A model generated the notes under the pieces. That model saw nothing but the letters and a program-made list of their open reading frames with translations, was not told where the DNA came from and searched no databases. The translations under genes were made by a program, and so were the position numbers. From assembly GCF_001194135.2 (NCBI RefSeq), contig NC_068982.1, positions 1,957,817 to 2,021,816 of the forward strand: a DNA stretch of 64,000 bases, written 5' to 3'. This document shows positions 1 to 12,749 of the stretch, in pieces (within the stretch, counting starts at the first letter, position 1; every line of letters begins with the position of its first letter). This stretch comes from Octopus bimaculoides (Eukaryota).

Positions 1-35
<35 letters not shown>

Positions 36-1851
36 AATATACTTTATAAATGAAGCTGCAAAGAGTCATGTCTTTGCAGCTTTATTAATAAAGCAAATGA
101 CTGGTATTCCAGTACTATTTTCTCCATCTAGCTTCATATTTATATGCTTAGTCTAGTATATACAACTATAGTCTACACGTTGAAATATACATATATATAT
201 ATATATATATACATATATTTGATAGATAGATAGATAAGGATGTATATAGCTATACACACACACATATATATGTACATAAATATCCATATGTATGTATACA
301 TATGTCTTTGTGTGTGAATATATATATAACGTAATGTAAATACACAGTCACACACGCGCGCGCGTACGAGTAGTGCTGGAAGTTTGCTAGCTTTGGGTAA
401 AAAAAACTACAGGTGGTTCAGCTAATCCCGATCTCATTCAACGTATTCCCCTCTCAGATTCACACACTTATTGCACCGGTCTTTCAATGTGTCTAAGTCC
501 TATAAGAGACCTCAGAAGTTTGGGCCTTCAGTCAGGCCTTTCGCGATACCTTTAAAGCCAGAGACTTTTATAGCACCTCTTGTATATCGAAGGTATTTAT
601 ATATAAACAAATTAAATGGGTGGCTTATTAGCAATTTCAACCTAAAAGCAAAATTCATAGGGATCTGAAAACAATTCAAAAGCCTCAAAGGCAGAGCTTT
701 TGTACCTTTCGAGATGTTTTACCTCTTGTTTTTAGCAATAGCTGGTGCTGGTTAATACCCTACGTCACTTATATATCTGAGTGTGTGTGCGTATATATAC
801 GTGTGTGCGCTTGTGTATGTGTGCGTGCTTGTGTGTATGTGTGCGTAGAGAGTGAGAAAGGAAATGTGAATAAAAATGACTGAAAGAACGTGATGAGAAA
901 ACTAGAATAAAAAGAAAAGAGGGGTTCTCACACACGTGACACACGTGATCAGCGCAAGTGATAGATTGAATCTAATTAATCAGAAGCCCACATAACTGAG
1001 AAATTTGATAAATTGAAAATTAATTGGGCAATTATGAATAAATGGAAGAATGAAATACAGCATGACAAAAAGTGTTTAACATATATCTAAACCATTTCTA
1101 TGTATTTCCATTGCCCTTAGAGCATATTTGCTTTTAATGAGTCAGCAAGGGTCCTTATATCTGAAACAAGGAAAAGATACGTGTATGGNNNNNNNNNNNN
1201 NNNNNNNNNNNNNNNNNNNNNNNNNNNNNNNNNNNNNNNNNNNNNNNNNNNNNNNNNNNNNNNNNNNNNNNNNNNNNNNNNNNNNNNNNNNNNNNNNNNN
1301 NNNNNNNNNNNNNNNNNNNNNNNNNNNNNNNNNNNNNNNNNNNNNNNNNNNNNNNNNNNNNNNNNNNNNNNNNNNNNNNNNNNNNNNNNNNNNNNNNNNN
1401 NNNNNNNNNNNNNNNNNNNNNNNNNNNNNNNNNNNNNNNNNNNNNNNNNNNNNNNNNNNNNNNNNNNNNNNNNNNNNNNNNNNNNNNNNNNNNNNNNNNN
1501 NNNNNNNNNNNNNNNNNNNNNNNNNNNNNNNNNNNNNNNNNNNNNNNNNNNNNNNNNNNNNNNNNNNNNNNNNNNNNNNNNNNNNNNNNNNNNNNNNNNN
1601 NNNNNNNNNNNNNNNNNNNNNNNNNNNNNNNNNNNNNNNNNNNNNNNNNNNNNNNNNNNNNNNNNNNNNNNNNNNNNNNNNNNNNNNNNNNNNNNNNNNN
1701 NNNNNNNNNNNNNNNNNNNNNNNNNNNNNNNNNNNNNNNNNNNNNNNNNNNNNNNNNNNNNNNNNNNNNNNNNNNNNNNNNNNNNNNNNNNNNNNNNNNN
1801 NNNNNNNNNNNNNNNNNNNNNNNNNNNNNNNNNNNNNNNNNNNNNNNNNNN

Positions 1852-1887
<36 letters not shown>

Positions 1888-2772
1888 TACATGTATGTAT
1901 GTATCTGCTTACTGTCGTAGTATATTAGCATTATTCTGCGTAAAACTAAACCATACATATAATAGTTCACAGCTCAGTGAAGTACTGTATAACATCATAC
2001 CAAGGAACTCTTTTAGACTTTCGGACGCAGTTCATCGGTTTTCTTACTGGTCGGAGCATACGATATGTGGCAAATGTTTACTTTGCGGTTTTTCATTTTA
2101 AAATATGTTTTACACTATGCAACGGTCCATACATTGCTACTGCACAGCATAAACTGGTAGTAAAACGACGAACACAATAACAACAACAACATCTGCTGCT
2201 GTTTCTCCTCCCAATCCGTTTTCTCTAACCATCCTGCTGCATTTTTTTGTTACTTATGGTAATACTATGCATACAGACATCTTGTGTGCGCCTATGAGCA
2301 TTTGAACAGGTATAATTTACAAACTTGTATAAACCTGGTATTTTTATTTATGCGTATTACTTAGAAACTCTAATACAACATGCTAATATTTTCAGAATTA
2401 CGAAACAAGAGTTGCAGTTCATATGATGAACATCGCGGTTTCAAATACATGGCTCTTAATTCTGTAGCAGTCTACTTGGATATAAAATGATACACCTCTT
2501 ATATATACTCAACAATACACTTTATTTGACGAACAATAAAATCATTTGTTAAAAGTAGTTATTCTTTCATATTAAATCGAGGATTAAGTGGTAGTTGTAG
2601 TATTTAGAAATACTTTGTTGAGGCCTGTAAAGTATTTTTGTGAAACATGTAAAACATATTGAGGCTTAGAAAATTATATTTTCTAATTTATAAATCAGTG
2701 ATTAGTTGTACCTTTGAAAACTATGTATTTCGAGCGGGAATTTGGCAGCACCACCTCTAGCTAAACAATTAT

Positions 2773-2817
2773 TCTGTGCTGATGAAGGGAAATAACCCGG
2801 AAATCGCGATACACAGA
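2773..2817 (+). ncRNA. Minimal type-I hammerhead ribozyme (Penelope-like), core intact
   Basis: TCTGTG-CTGATGA-A-GGG aaataa CCC-G-GAA-ATCGCGAT-A-CACAGA: helix I TCTGTG/CACAGA, core CUGAUGA and GAAA, 3-bp helix II, palindromic helix III ATCGCGAT, AUA cleavage triplet (cut after 2811). Confidence 0.75.
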
Positions 2818-4353
2818 TATTGTTTTGAGCTGAGTAGGGGTGCTAGATTCCCTTGTTCGAACATATAAGGACACAGATCGTGTCTCCTGTGCTAAATTAC
2901 AGCAACATTCGTCCTAAACCAGGACTACCATGTTATGTTGGCAAAAATCTTTACTCCATTTTGAGGCTTGTAAAACATTTTTGTGAAATATGTAAAACTG
3001 TCAAAGATTTTCACAATGATTTCACATCAGTAAACAGCATCTTGCCATCAAAAATATTTACAAACCGATCCATTTCTTTACTGAGTAATGAATGTATTGG
3101 TTTGAACTCATCGATGTCAGAAAATAACTGTCATTCCACCTCTAGCTCTTAGGCTACGCTCTAAGTGCTTAATATTTTGTAAATTTTGCTCATATTGCAG
3201 GAATAACTGAAGGAGTTTTCACGAAGAATTTTAAACACACGATCTCCATCTAAGAATGTCTTTAGACATCAATGAAACACATTTGGTTTTGCAATACAGG
3301 AAGTCTCCTATTATTATGGTTAAATAAGAATTTGTCATTCACTCATAAAAATGTATAAAGTTTCAAATTGTTTATTATAAGGGGTAATCTTCCAGAACAC
3401 CGAGTCTGACACAGTTGAAGTAAATATAATTTACTTACAATCACCACTCACAAGCTGCTGAGAATATCGTTACTATTACAGCTTAATCACTTATCATACA
3501 CACCCGCATGAAAAGTGGCTTAAAAGATAAAATCAAACAACATCAGCGCGATTTGAAGTCGGAATATAAATGTTGAAAATAATGTTATAAGACGTTTAGT
3601 ACAAAGTTCTACTGAATTAGCCACTCCAAACTCACTAATCACGTAAATTAACTACTAATTGAATGGTAAAAAGAAAATCAAATACGATCATGCTGTGTAA
3701 CAAATAGGCCAAACCACGTTCAATAGTTCTATTTTTAACTACACAGTTGTCTTCTACAGTAAGAGGAGACGGTGTAATACAGCTATTAGCTATGCAGTCA
3801 CACACGAAGCTAATATTCGCAAACGTATGAGCACGTTGGAAAGAAAACTCTCTTTTCTATTTGATGTATATAGATTTCAATATGACCAGAAATACGTTAG
3901 GGACATGCTGTTTTAATTTTATGTTTTACAATTTGAAATTCTAAATATAGGTTAATTTAAACATTCCTAAAATAAATAGGTCAAATGATTACATAAACGT
4001 AATATCAAAATACCAACCATTACGCAGTACGATTTCACGCAGCGTAGGATATTCCACGTTTATTTATTTATTTCCAAATGGAAAATGATGAAGAATAACT
4101 TTGGTTTTAGGCTTCCAGCAGACAAACAACCGAGTGCATATCTGAAAGCGAGTGCATTTCTGACAGGCATGGTGTAACAATTCATTTAAAATTCACAGAT
4201 CTTTCACGTTTCTCTCTGCTAGATACAATCTTTGGCTATACACAAATATACAGAGAGACATGGGAGAGAGAGAGATAGAGGAGATATACACAGGCAGATA
4301 GAGGTAGAGAGATATTGTTTAAGGAGTATTACTAAAGGGTATTGAATTATCAT

Positions 4354-4594
4354 AAGGCGGCGAGAAGCAGTGAGCTGTCGGAATGGTTAGCATGCCGGAT
4401 TAAACGCTCAGCGGCATTTCGTCCATTTTTATGATTTGAGTTTAAATGACACCGAGATCGACTTTTTATCCTGTCAGGATCGATAAAATAAGTACCAAAC
4501 GAACACTTGAGTCGATTTCATCGACTTACTCGCAATCATAAGATTGCTAGCACTGTTTCAAAGTTTGAAACTTATTATCATTATTATTATTATT
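4354..4594 (+). mobile_element. tRNA-derived SINE, family A, with (TTA)n tail
   Basis: Head AAGGCGG..GAGCTGTCGGAATGGTTAGCATGCCGG, body GATCGATAAAATAAGTACC, end TTTGAAAC then (TTA)n. Many homologous copies occur in this window. Confidence 0.8.
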
Positions 4595-5463
4595 GTTCAG
4601 TAGTTTTATTTTTATAACGTGCTTTCACTTCACTACCGAGCGCAGCTTTGTGCGCCTTGGGTATGTGCTGTGGTGCTCTTATGATTACTGTATTGAAAAT
4701 GTTTTGCGTAGAATGTGTGCAGTACCCAGTAGTGCAATTTTCTGTATGTCATATATATTTGTAAGTCCTGGTGTTTTTGTTATGTATTTGTCTGAATATT
4801 TTTTTATTATACTTAAGGTACCTACTATGATAGGAATTGTTTCTGTTTTTAGACACCACATTCGAGTTATCTCTATTTCCAGGTCTTTGTATTTTGAAAG
4901 TTTNNNNNNNNNNNNNNNNNNNNNNNNNNNNNNNNNNNNNNNNNNNNNNNNNNNNNNNNNNNNNNNNNNNNNNNNNNNNNNNNNNNNNNNNNNNNNNNNN
5001 NNNNNNNNNNNNNNNNNNNNNNNNNNNNNNNNNNNNNNNNNNNNNNNNNNNNNNNNNNNNNNNNNNNNNNNNNNNNNNNNNNNNNNNNNNNNNNNNNNNN
5101 NNNNNNNNNNNNNNNNNNNNNNNNNNNNNNNNNNNNNNNNNNNNNNNNNNNNNNNNNNNNNNNNNNNNNNNNNNNNNNNNNNNNNNNNNNNNNNNNNNNN
5201 NNNNNNNNNNNNNNNNNNNNNNNNNNNNNNNNNNNNNNNNNNNNNNNNNNNNNNNNNNNNNNNNNNNNNNNNNNNNNNNNNNNNNNNNNNNNNNNNNNNN
5301 NNNNNNNNNNNNNNNNNNNNNNNNNNNNNNNNNNNNNNNNNNNNNNNNNNNNNNNNNNNNNNNNNNNNNNNNNNNNNNNNNNNNNNNNNNNNNNNNNNNN
5401 NNNNNNNNNNNNNNNNNNNNNNNNNNNNNNNNNNNNNNNNNNNNNTTATAGCTTTTGTTGTTT

Positions 5464-5494
<31 letters not shown>

Positions 5495-5851
5495 TTTGTT
5501 AGGTAGATTGATTTCTTGTTTGTATTTGTCGGCTTCCTTAAATACTGAAAACAGCTTTTTGTTTCGCTCGTGTTTTGTGGCTATTTGTATTAGTTTCCCT
5601 TGCTTTTGGAGTAGGTATTTTTGTAGTCCTATGGTGGTTATTTTATAATAGTTTTCTAGCTGTATAAGACCCCTGCCACCTTCTGTGCGTTGTATATATA
5701 ATCTTTCTATATCAGATTTTGGGTGGTGCATCCTATATCCTGTCATTATTTTTCTTGTTTTCCTGTCTATTTTACATAGTTCGTTTAGTGTCCAGTTAAG
5801 GATGTTGTAGCTGTAGCTTATAACTGGGACAGCTAAAGTGCTGATACCCAT
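4572..5851 (-). mobile_element. 5'-truncated R4/Dong-like RLE non-LTR retrotransposon (copy 1, interrupted by gap 4904-5446)
   Basis: 5492-5851 encodes post-RT region LAVPVISYSYNILNW..IDRKTRKIMTGYRMHHPKSDIERLYIQRTEGGRGL. 4685-4903 encodes KLSKYKDLEIEITRMWCLKTETIPIIVGTL..IQKIALLGTAHILRKTFSIQ* (RLE C-terminus), then a 3'UTR and (AAT)n tail. Confidence 0.85.
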
Positions 5852-6358
5852 TATTATATGTTTGACTTATGCTTAGTATTTGCACAAGTTGACTCCAAGT
5901 CTCATCCAGAGACCGCAACAGACAACAAGTTGGTGTTATGCCTAGGGTGTCATATATTTGGTTCTGCACAAAGTATTGTTCTAGAGATTGTTTAATAAAA
6001 CATAAGAACATTATTTGTTGTTTTTTTTTTTCAAATTTGAGATTACATAGGCAGTATTTTACATAGGATATGAGCAGTTCTCATGATCACTATCTTTTGA
6101 AATTCTTCCATTTTGGGATTTCCTGGTATCTGAGCTAGGTAGCAATCAGCCCTTTTGCTATCGTTCTTAGGGCACCTATGACAACAGGTATTATTCTAGA
6201 CTTGAGGTTCCATATTTTGCCAATTTCTATTTCAAGATCTTTATACTTGCTCAGTTTTTGGTAGGTCTTGACACATACATTTATATCGATTGGGACAGTC
6301 ATATCAATGAGGAGGCATGATTTTTTGTCTGAAGTGTTTCAATATAATCTATCTTTCT
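5852..6358 (-). mobile_element. R4/Dong-like LINE 3' fragment (copy 2)
   Basis: Minus strand CLLIDMTVPIDINVCVKTYQKLSKYKDLEIEIGKIWNLKSRIIPVVIGAL..FQKIVIMRTAHILCKILPM* (stop 6043-6045), then a ~190-nt 3'UTR ending in AATAAT directly upstream of copy 1. Confidence 0.85.
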
Positions 6359-7861
6359 GTCAATTTATCAGTTTATTAGTATTATTATTGTTATTATTAT
6401 TATAACAATGATGATTTATACAAGGGAGACGAATGAAATGAACACTACAATGGCGAATTAGCAATGTTTGCTCAGAAGCGATTATGAAAATGATTCGGAT
6501 GAGTTGAAGTAAGCAGGAGGAGAGGCAACCAAGGAACCTCATAAATCCAAGTTTACTCAAACAAGCAAAAGGAAGGGCGTTCTCTCACGATTATTCATGT
6601 CACCTTTAGCAATGTTTCGCTAAATTAATCGGACCTCTGTATCCTCTCTCGTCTCGGAGCACAATTTGAGAAACTCGATGTGGGTTGGGGCGAAAAGGAA
6701 ACTTACTTGTTTTTCAGACAGAGGAAAATTTGTTCCCCGATCAATTGTTGATGTTGGAACAACCGTCATGTTATTCTAAAATGATCGTTGGAGCCATGCT
6801 ACTCGCAGAAACAGCTGTTCTGCATACCCCCACCAAAATTATCCATGTCCCACGCATGATCAGTGCACACTGTAAAATTTCTTCACTTACACAAAATGTG
6901 GAGATCTCGAATGGCGGCGCTACTGTGCCTATAGACGTCATCCTACCATAGTTAGTGCACTTTAGTAGGACTTCCAGATATGGAACCCCAGGATGGAAAT
7001 CCTCGTGAATTGGCTGTACAGATAATTCTCGCTGAAGATCAATGTCTCCTGCGAATATTATAGTATTTGCTGAAAAGAATGAACCTTCTGTAAAATGCCA
7101 GGCGTTCACATACCAGAGCCGAATAACAGGATTGACTGATAGGTGTCGATGCCTGATAACATTTCAGATATCATCGCGTAAAATTGAACATCCCTAGCTC
7201 CCAAACTGCAGCTCCGCCAAAGAGACTAGCCTCAGGTAATATTTCTGAGCACAGCACAAGTTTTACGCAAGGGATTTTCAATTCAGTAGCACACTTTAAC
7301 CACTACATTGTGCATGGCCCACATAAATATACCGTACGCATTTGTCATTCATTTAAATGGCACTAAGAGCACGATACATAACCAAAATTAGAATGATACA
7401 TCACACATAATAAGTGTAATATAATAACACTCAGAAGTGACATTGTGCACAATTACCCCCCATCTAATATGAAACATCCCACACACTTTCTATACATAAC
7501 AATTAACATTAAATGGCATAGAAAACACAAATACCACCACACGGGCTAAACACTAAAATAACACTAGAAAAAACAAACTCTAATTAAACAAGGAAAAACT
7601 GGTGTATAATTCAGATACATTTCATATCAGCCTCTGAATAGCTGAAAAAAGTTTTACCTGAATTCGCAGATCGTCGAAGGTATTAAAAGCAAGGTTTTTA
7701 CTTCCACCCTGCTCCGTCGGGCATATCAGCCCCCTATAGCTATGTATTAGAATAGGCTTTCTGTAGTTCCTTTCTCGGGGAAAAGATAAAACCTGAACGG
7801 GAAACACAAAACCTGCAACTTAATTTATATGAGTTTCAATAAGATAATATATCGGGAAAAG

Positions 7862-8070
7862 AATTAGAGATAAACTAACCAAATACAATAGATTGGATAT
7901 AGAGATTGAAAACCTACAGCACCTTAAAACGGAAACAACAAAGACTTAGCTAAGACGAGAAAAGCACATGGAAAGAATTTTAACAATACCAAAGGGGAAA
8001 CATATTTCCAAGATATTGTAACATAGTACTGAACGACATATTCCATGAAAATCCTCACGATCTAAATTCT
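7862..8070 (+). mobile_element. Highly decayed R4/Dong-like RLE C-terminal fragment
   Basis: RDKLTKYNRLDIEIENLQHLKTET resembles KLSKYKDLEIEI..WxLKTET of copies 1 and 2. Confidence 0.5.
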
Positions 8071-9211
8071 GAAGGGCAACACTTAAGTAGGTAACTGGAA
8101 ATAACTTTGTACTCGTGTACTGTTTCGTTCATTAGGTCACAGGTAACAGCCAAGCAGGACAGGACAAAAGTACAAGCGTTGATGACATATATATATATAT
8201 ATATATATATATANNNNNNNNNNNNNNNNNNNNNNNNNNNNNNNNNNNNNNNNNNNNNNNNNNNNNNNNNNNNNNNNNNNNNNNNNNNNNNNNNNNNNNN
8301 NNNNNNNNNNNNNNNNNNNNNNNNNNNNNNNNNNNNNNNNNNNNNNNNNNNNNNNNNNNNNNNNNNNNNNNNNNNNNNNNNNNNNNNNNNNNNNNNNNNN
8401 NNNNNNNNNNNNNNNNNNNNNNNNNNNNNNNNNNNNNNNNNNNNNNNNNNNNNNNNNNNNNNNNNNNNNNNNNNNNNNNNNNNNNNNNNNNNNNNNNNNN
8501 NNNNNNNNNNNNNNNNNNNNNNNNNNNNNNNNNNNNNNNNNNNNNNNNNNNNNNNNNNNNNNNNNNNNNNNNNNNNNNNNNNNNNNNNNNNNNNNNNNNN
8601 NNNNNNNNNNNNNNNNNNNNNNNNNNNNNNNNNNNNNNNNNNNNNNNNNNNNNNNNNNNNNNNNNNNNNNNNNNNNNNNNNNNNNNNNNNNNNNNNNNNN
8701 NNNNNNNNNNNNNNNNNNNNNNNNNNNNNNNNNNNNNNNNNNNNNNNNNNNNNNNNNNNNNNNNNNNNNNNNNNNNNNNNNNNNNNNNNNNNNNNNNNNN
8801 NNNNNNNNNNNNNNNNNNNNNNNNNNNNNNNNNNNNNNNNNNNNNNNNNNNNNNNNNNNNNNNNNNNNNNNNNNNNNNNNNNNNNNNNNNNNNNNNNNNN
8901 NNNNNNNNNNNNNNNNNNNNNNNNNNNNNNNNNNNNNNNNNNNNNNNNNNNNNNNNNNNNTACACCTATCTTTGTCTATATATATGTATGTATGAATGTT
9001 TATATGAATGAAAACTTGGTGTAGGAAATTGAACATTGTTAAATTCAAATGGCGATCCATATTATACTTTCGTATTTATAGAACTGACATGCATGATTCT
9101 GTGGTTTTTGAAAGAGACGAGTGACTCAGAAAAAAATAAAACCCATCATACATGTTGGAAGTGTATATACGCTATGTTCAGCTGCGTGGCTGAAACGAAT
9201 AAAGGAATATA

Positions 9212-9470
9212 GTGAAGGCGTGTGGTTCGGATGTTGTTTCACTCGCGATCTAGCGATCATGATTTCAAGACCGTGTGGTGCGTTGGGTTCTTGAACAAAT
9301 CACTTCATCTCACGTTGCTTTGCGATCACCTCGGCACCTGACACGTGGTACACGGATCACTTATTCGGTCAACGTCGATTTGATGGAGAAAGAGAGAGCT
9401 AATGTGTGTCACAAGCATTTCATCACTATAAACAAATCATTTATGCAGGTCGTTTGGCAAAAGCTAAATG
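9212..9470 (+). mobile_element. Decayed tRNA-derived SINE (family E-type head and core)
   Basis: GTGAAGGCGTGTGG head and GGTTCTTGAACAAATCACTTCATCTCACGTTGCT, matching TCCTTAAGCAAGACACTTTATTTTACGTGG of the 42910-43223 copy. Confidence 0.55.
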
Positions 9471-9543
<73 letters not shown>

Positions 9544-12366
9544 AAATTTGTATGCATGCATATGTACGCGTATGTACACATAGACATATTTTCTGCATCT
9601 TTGTCTATGGGTGTTTTAGGCATGTTTGTGTATATATTCTCTCCTGATGACGCCATAAACTTGGTAGCAATCGGAATGCGGAGCCTCCAACGGGTATCAC
9701 TTGCATCTGCAAGTTGTTTGCAATATATATATATATATATANNNNNNNNNNNNNNNNNNNNNNNNNNNNNNNNNNNNNNNNNNNNNNNNNNNNNNNNNNN
9801 NNNNNNNNNNNNNNNNNNNNNNNNNNNNNNNNNNNNNNNNNNNNNNNNNNNNNNNNNNNNNNNNNNNNNNNNNNNNNNNNNNNNNNNNNNNNNNNNNNNN
9901 NNNNNNNNNNNNNNNNNNNNNNNNNNNNNNNNNNNNNNNNNNNNNNNNNNNNNNNNNNNNNNNNNNNNNNNNNNNNNNNNNNNNNNNNNNNNNNNNNNNN
10001 NNNNNNNNNNNNNNNNNNNNNNNNNNNNNNNNNNNNNNNNNNNNNNNNNNNNNNNNNNNNNNNNNNNNNNNNNNNNNNNNNNNNNNNNNNNNNNNNNNNN
10101 NNNNNNNNNNNNNNNNNNNNNNNNNNNNNNNNNNNNNNNNNNNNNNNNNNNNNNNNNNNNNNNNNNNNNNNNNNNNNNNNNNNNNNNNNNNNNNNNNNNN
10201 NNNNNNNNNNNNNNNNNNNNNNNNNNNNNNNNNNNNNNNNNNNNNNNNNNNNNNNNNNNNNNNNNNNNNNNNNNNNNNNNNNNNNNNNNNNNNNNNNNNN
10301 NNNNNNNNNNNNNNNNNNNNNNNNNNNNNNNNNNNNNNNNNNNNNNNNNNNNNNNNNNNNNNNNNNNNNNNNNNNNNNNNNNNNNNNNNNNNNNNNNNNN
10401 NNNNNNNNNNNNNNNNNNNNNNNNNNNNNNNNNNNNNNNNNNNNNNNNNNNNNNNNNNNNNNNNNNNNNNNNNNNNNNNNNNNNNNNNNNNNNNATATAT
10501 ATATGCATATATCCATGCATACATATCAGAGTTAAAGAAGCAGGAAATATAAAAGAGATGAAATATAGAAGTATGAGAGATTATGGAGATGATGAAGGAG
10601 AACAAATGGCTGTAAAAATGATATAATAAAGCAAAAGGAGAATAAGGAACAAAGTTTGAAGCTGTAATTTTATTACTAAATATGTGTCGGAACAAACTCT
10701 TTCATTTGTAGCGAGTAATACGCAAATAAATTAACACTGTTTCTAATTTAACGAACGTCACTCATGCCAAACATTTTTGGTAATCACGTTCAATTGTTTT
10801 ATGACTTCATATGTCTTTTATACATTTTACGTTCTTCTGGACGATATTTAGCATTATTGAATGATTCTTCATCGGTAAAAGTGCATAGAGTTTATAATGT
10901 CGAACACAAATATAAGTTGAAATAATATAAGGGCGGAGTGCTACTAAATATGTGTGTCAAAATTAGTTAAATCTACTTCATCATGCATAATTGTGTTTCA
11001 TAATTTTGACACCCCTCATAAATCAAAGTGATGTAACTGTTTAGTCATGAAGGCAAATATATGTTTTGTGGTCTTTTTTCAAATTAGCAAATTTATACTC
11101 ACAAATTTAAACTCACATTTATACTCACATAAACACATACACACACACATATACACACTCTCTCTTTCCCGATCTCACATATACATAGCATATACATATT
11201 CCTAGTGTGGCTCTCCTAATAGCGATCAAATATTATTATTGAAATTTTTTATTCTTTCCACCAGTTGAATATAAAAACGTCTAAATATTTAACCTTTCTG
11301 CTCGGAGAGTAGTTGATGTAGCCTCTTCACTTAATTGGGTTCCCTTCTAACTTTGTTTCCAGAGCTCTTGCTTTAGCGATTGGTCGGTTGCTGGTCTTGG
11401 TGGAGACACTCTGCCTGTCAGATTATGTTGCATGAATTTAAAAATCTTGTTACTGTAAATGAAAAGTGATTGATAATAAAGAAAATAAAATGTGTTTGAA
11501 GTTCTTTGAGATTGAATGGAGAGAAAAAACATGAGAAACAACAACAAAAAATGGAAGGAAAATTTTGAAAAGATTTTGATTTTTAAAAATCTAATAAATT
11601 AAGGTAGAATTGTACAGAAGATAATCATGGAATGAACAGTTATAATGAAAACTATTAAAATAATTTTCCTAAATACATTAAAACCGGCTTCTGTACAGAA
11701 AAACAAAACAAAATTATTAAGTAAGTCAAGCATACTAATTGTGAATATGCTTAAATTAGAGAAGTAACATGTGAAGGAGTAAGTACATAGACGAAATGAT
11801 ATTAGGGTGTTAGAAGGAAAGTTATGAAGCTAAATGAAAGTTTCGTTGTGTCCCCATATAAACATATCTTGATAATACTGAGCTCTAACAAGACCACATT
11901 TCTAAGGGAAACAGCATTCAGTTATATGGACCCCTTTTATGGAAGAATAGTAATATCAATCGAATCGCAGATCCCGATCATAATGATGGTAAACAGAAAC
12001 AGAAACTATTAGCAATTGCGTTGTTTTCCACTGTTACGGATTAACGAAGAGCAGAATTTTCGATCGTAAAGCTTTGCGAATGGGACAGCAAATGGTAAGA
12101 AAACTTCTTCAAACTAGGTCATATGTCTATACAAATCACTACGTTCACATACCTACATACAAGCATGTACACACTCAGACGCGCACATTATGTATATATA
12201 TATACACACACACACACACACATATATATCGTTTGTAGGAAAACATAAATTCGGAGAAGGAGCACACTCTAAGATGTAGAGTAATTAATATTATATTGAG
12301 GAAGGCCGGTCAATGAGGTTTCTCGTCCATAAACCGGCCTCCCCTATTATAATGTACATATATATC

Positions 12367-12420
<54 letters not shown>

Positions 12421-12426
12421 GATACT

Positions 12427-12460
<34 letters not shown>

Positions 12461-12713
12461 CACCAGCTATTCTGCCTATATGTCTGTGCACACCTTTCAA
12501 TGCATGGCCTGCAAATCTAAGAGATCCCAGAAGACATTTTAAGATCCACAAAGATCAGAACTTATCTGCAGCTCTTGGTGGTCCAAATGGATATGCAATC
12601 TATGTGGGTGTCTTTTCAAAACAGTGTCTGGTTTAAGAAGTCAAATCAGATGCCATAACGGTTCTGCAGGTACAGGACAGGTCACACACTGCATAAGGAG
12701 TAGACAACAACCA

Positions 12714-12749
<36 letters not shown>

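Noticed and set aside
6709-6780. FSDRGKFVPRSIVDVGTTV resembles tubulin (GKHVPRAVFVDLEPTV)
   Set aside because: The similarity stops after ~19 residues at a stop codon, and no downstream frame continues a tubulin alignment.
9640-9685. CTCC-CTGATGA..GGAG hammerhead-like stretch
   Set aside because: No GAAA and no credible helix III.
12470-12680. GC-richer patch; minus-strand SLRFAGHALK resembles an RTE LINE motif
   Set aside because: A single short motif with non-matching flanks; no assignment possible.
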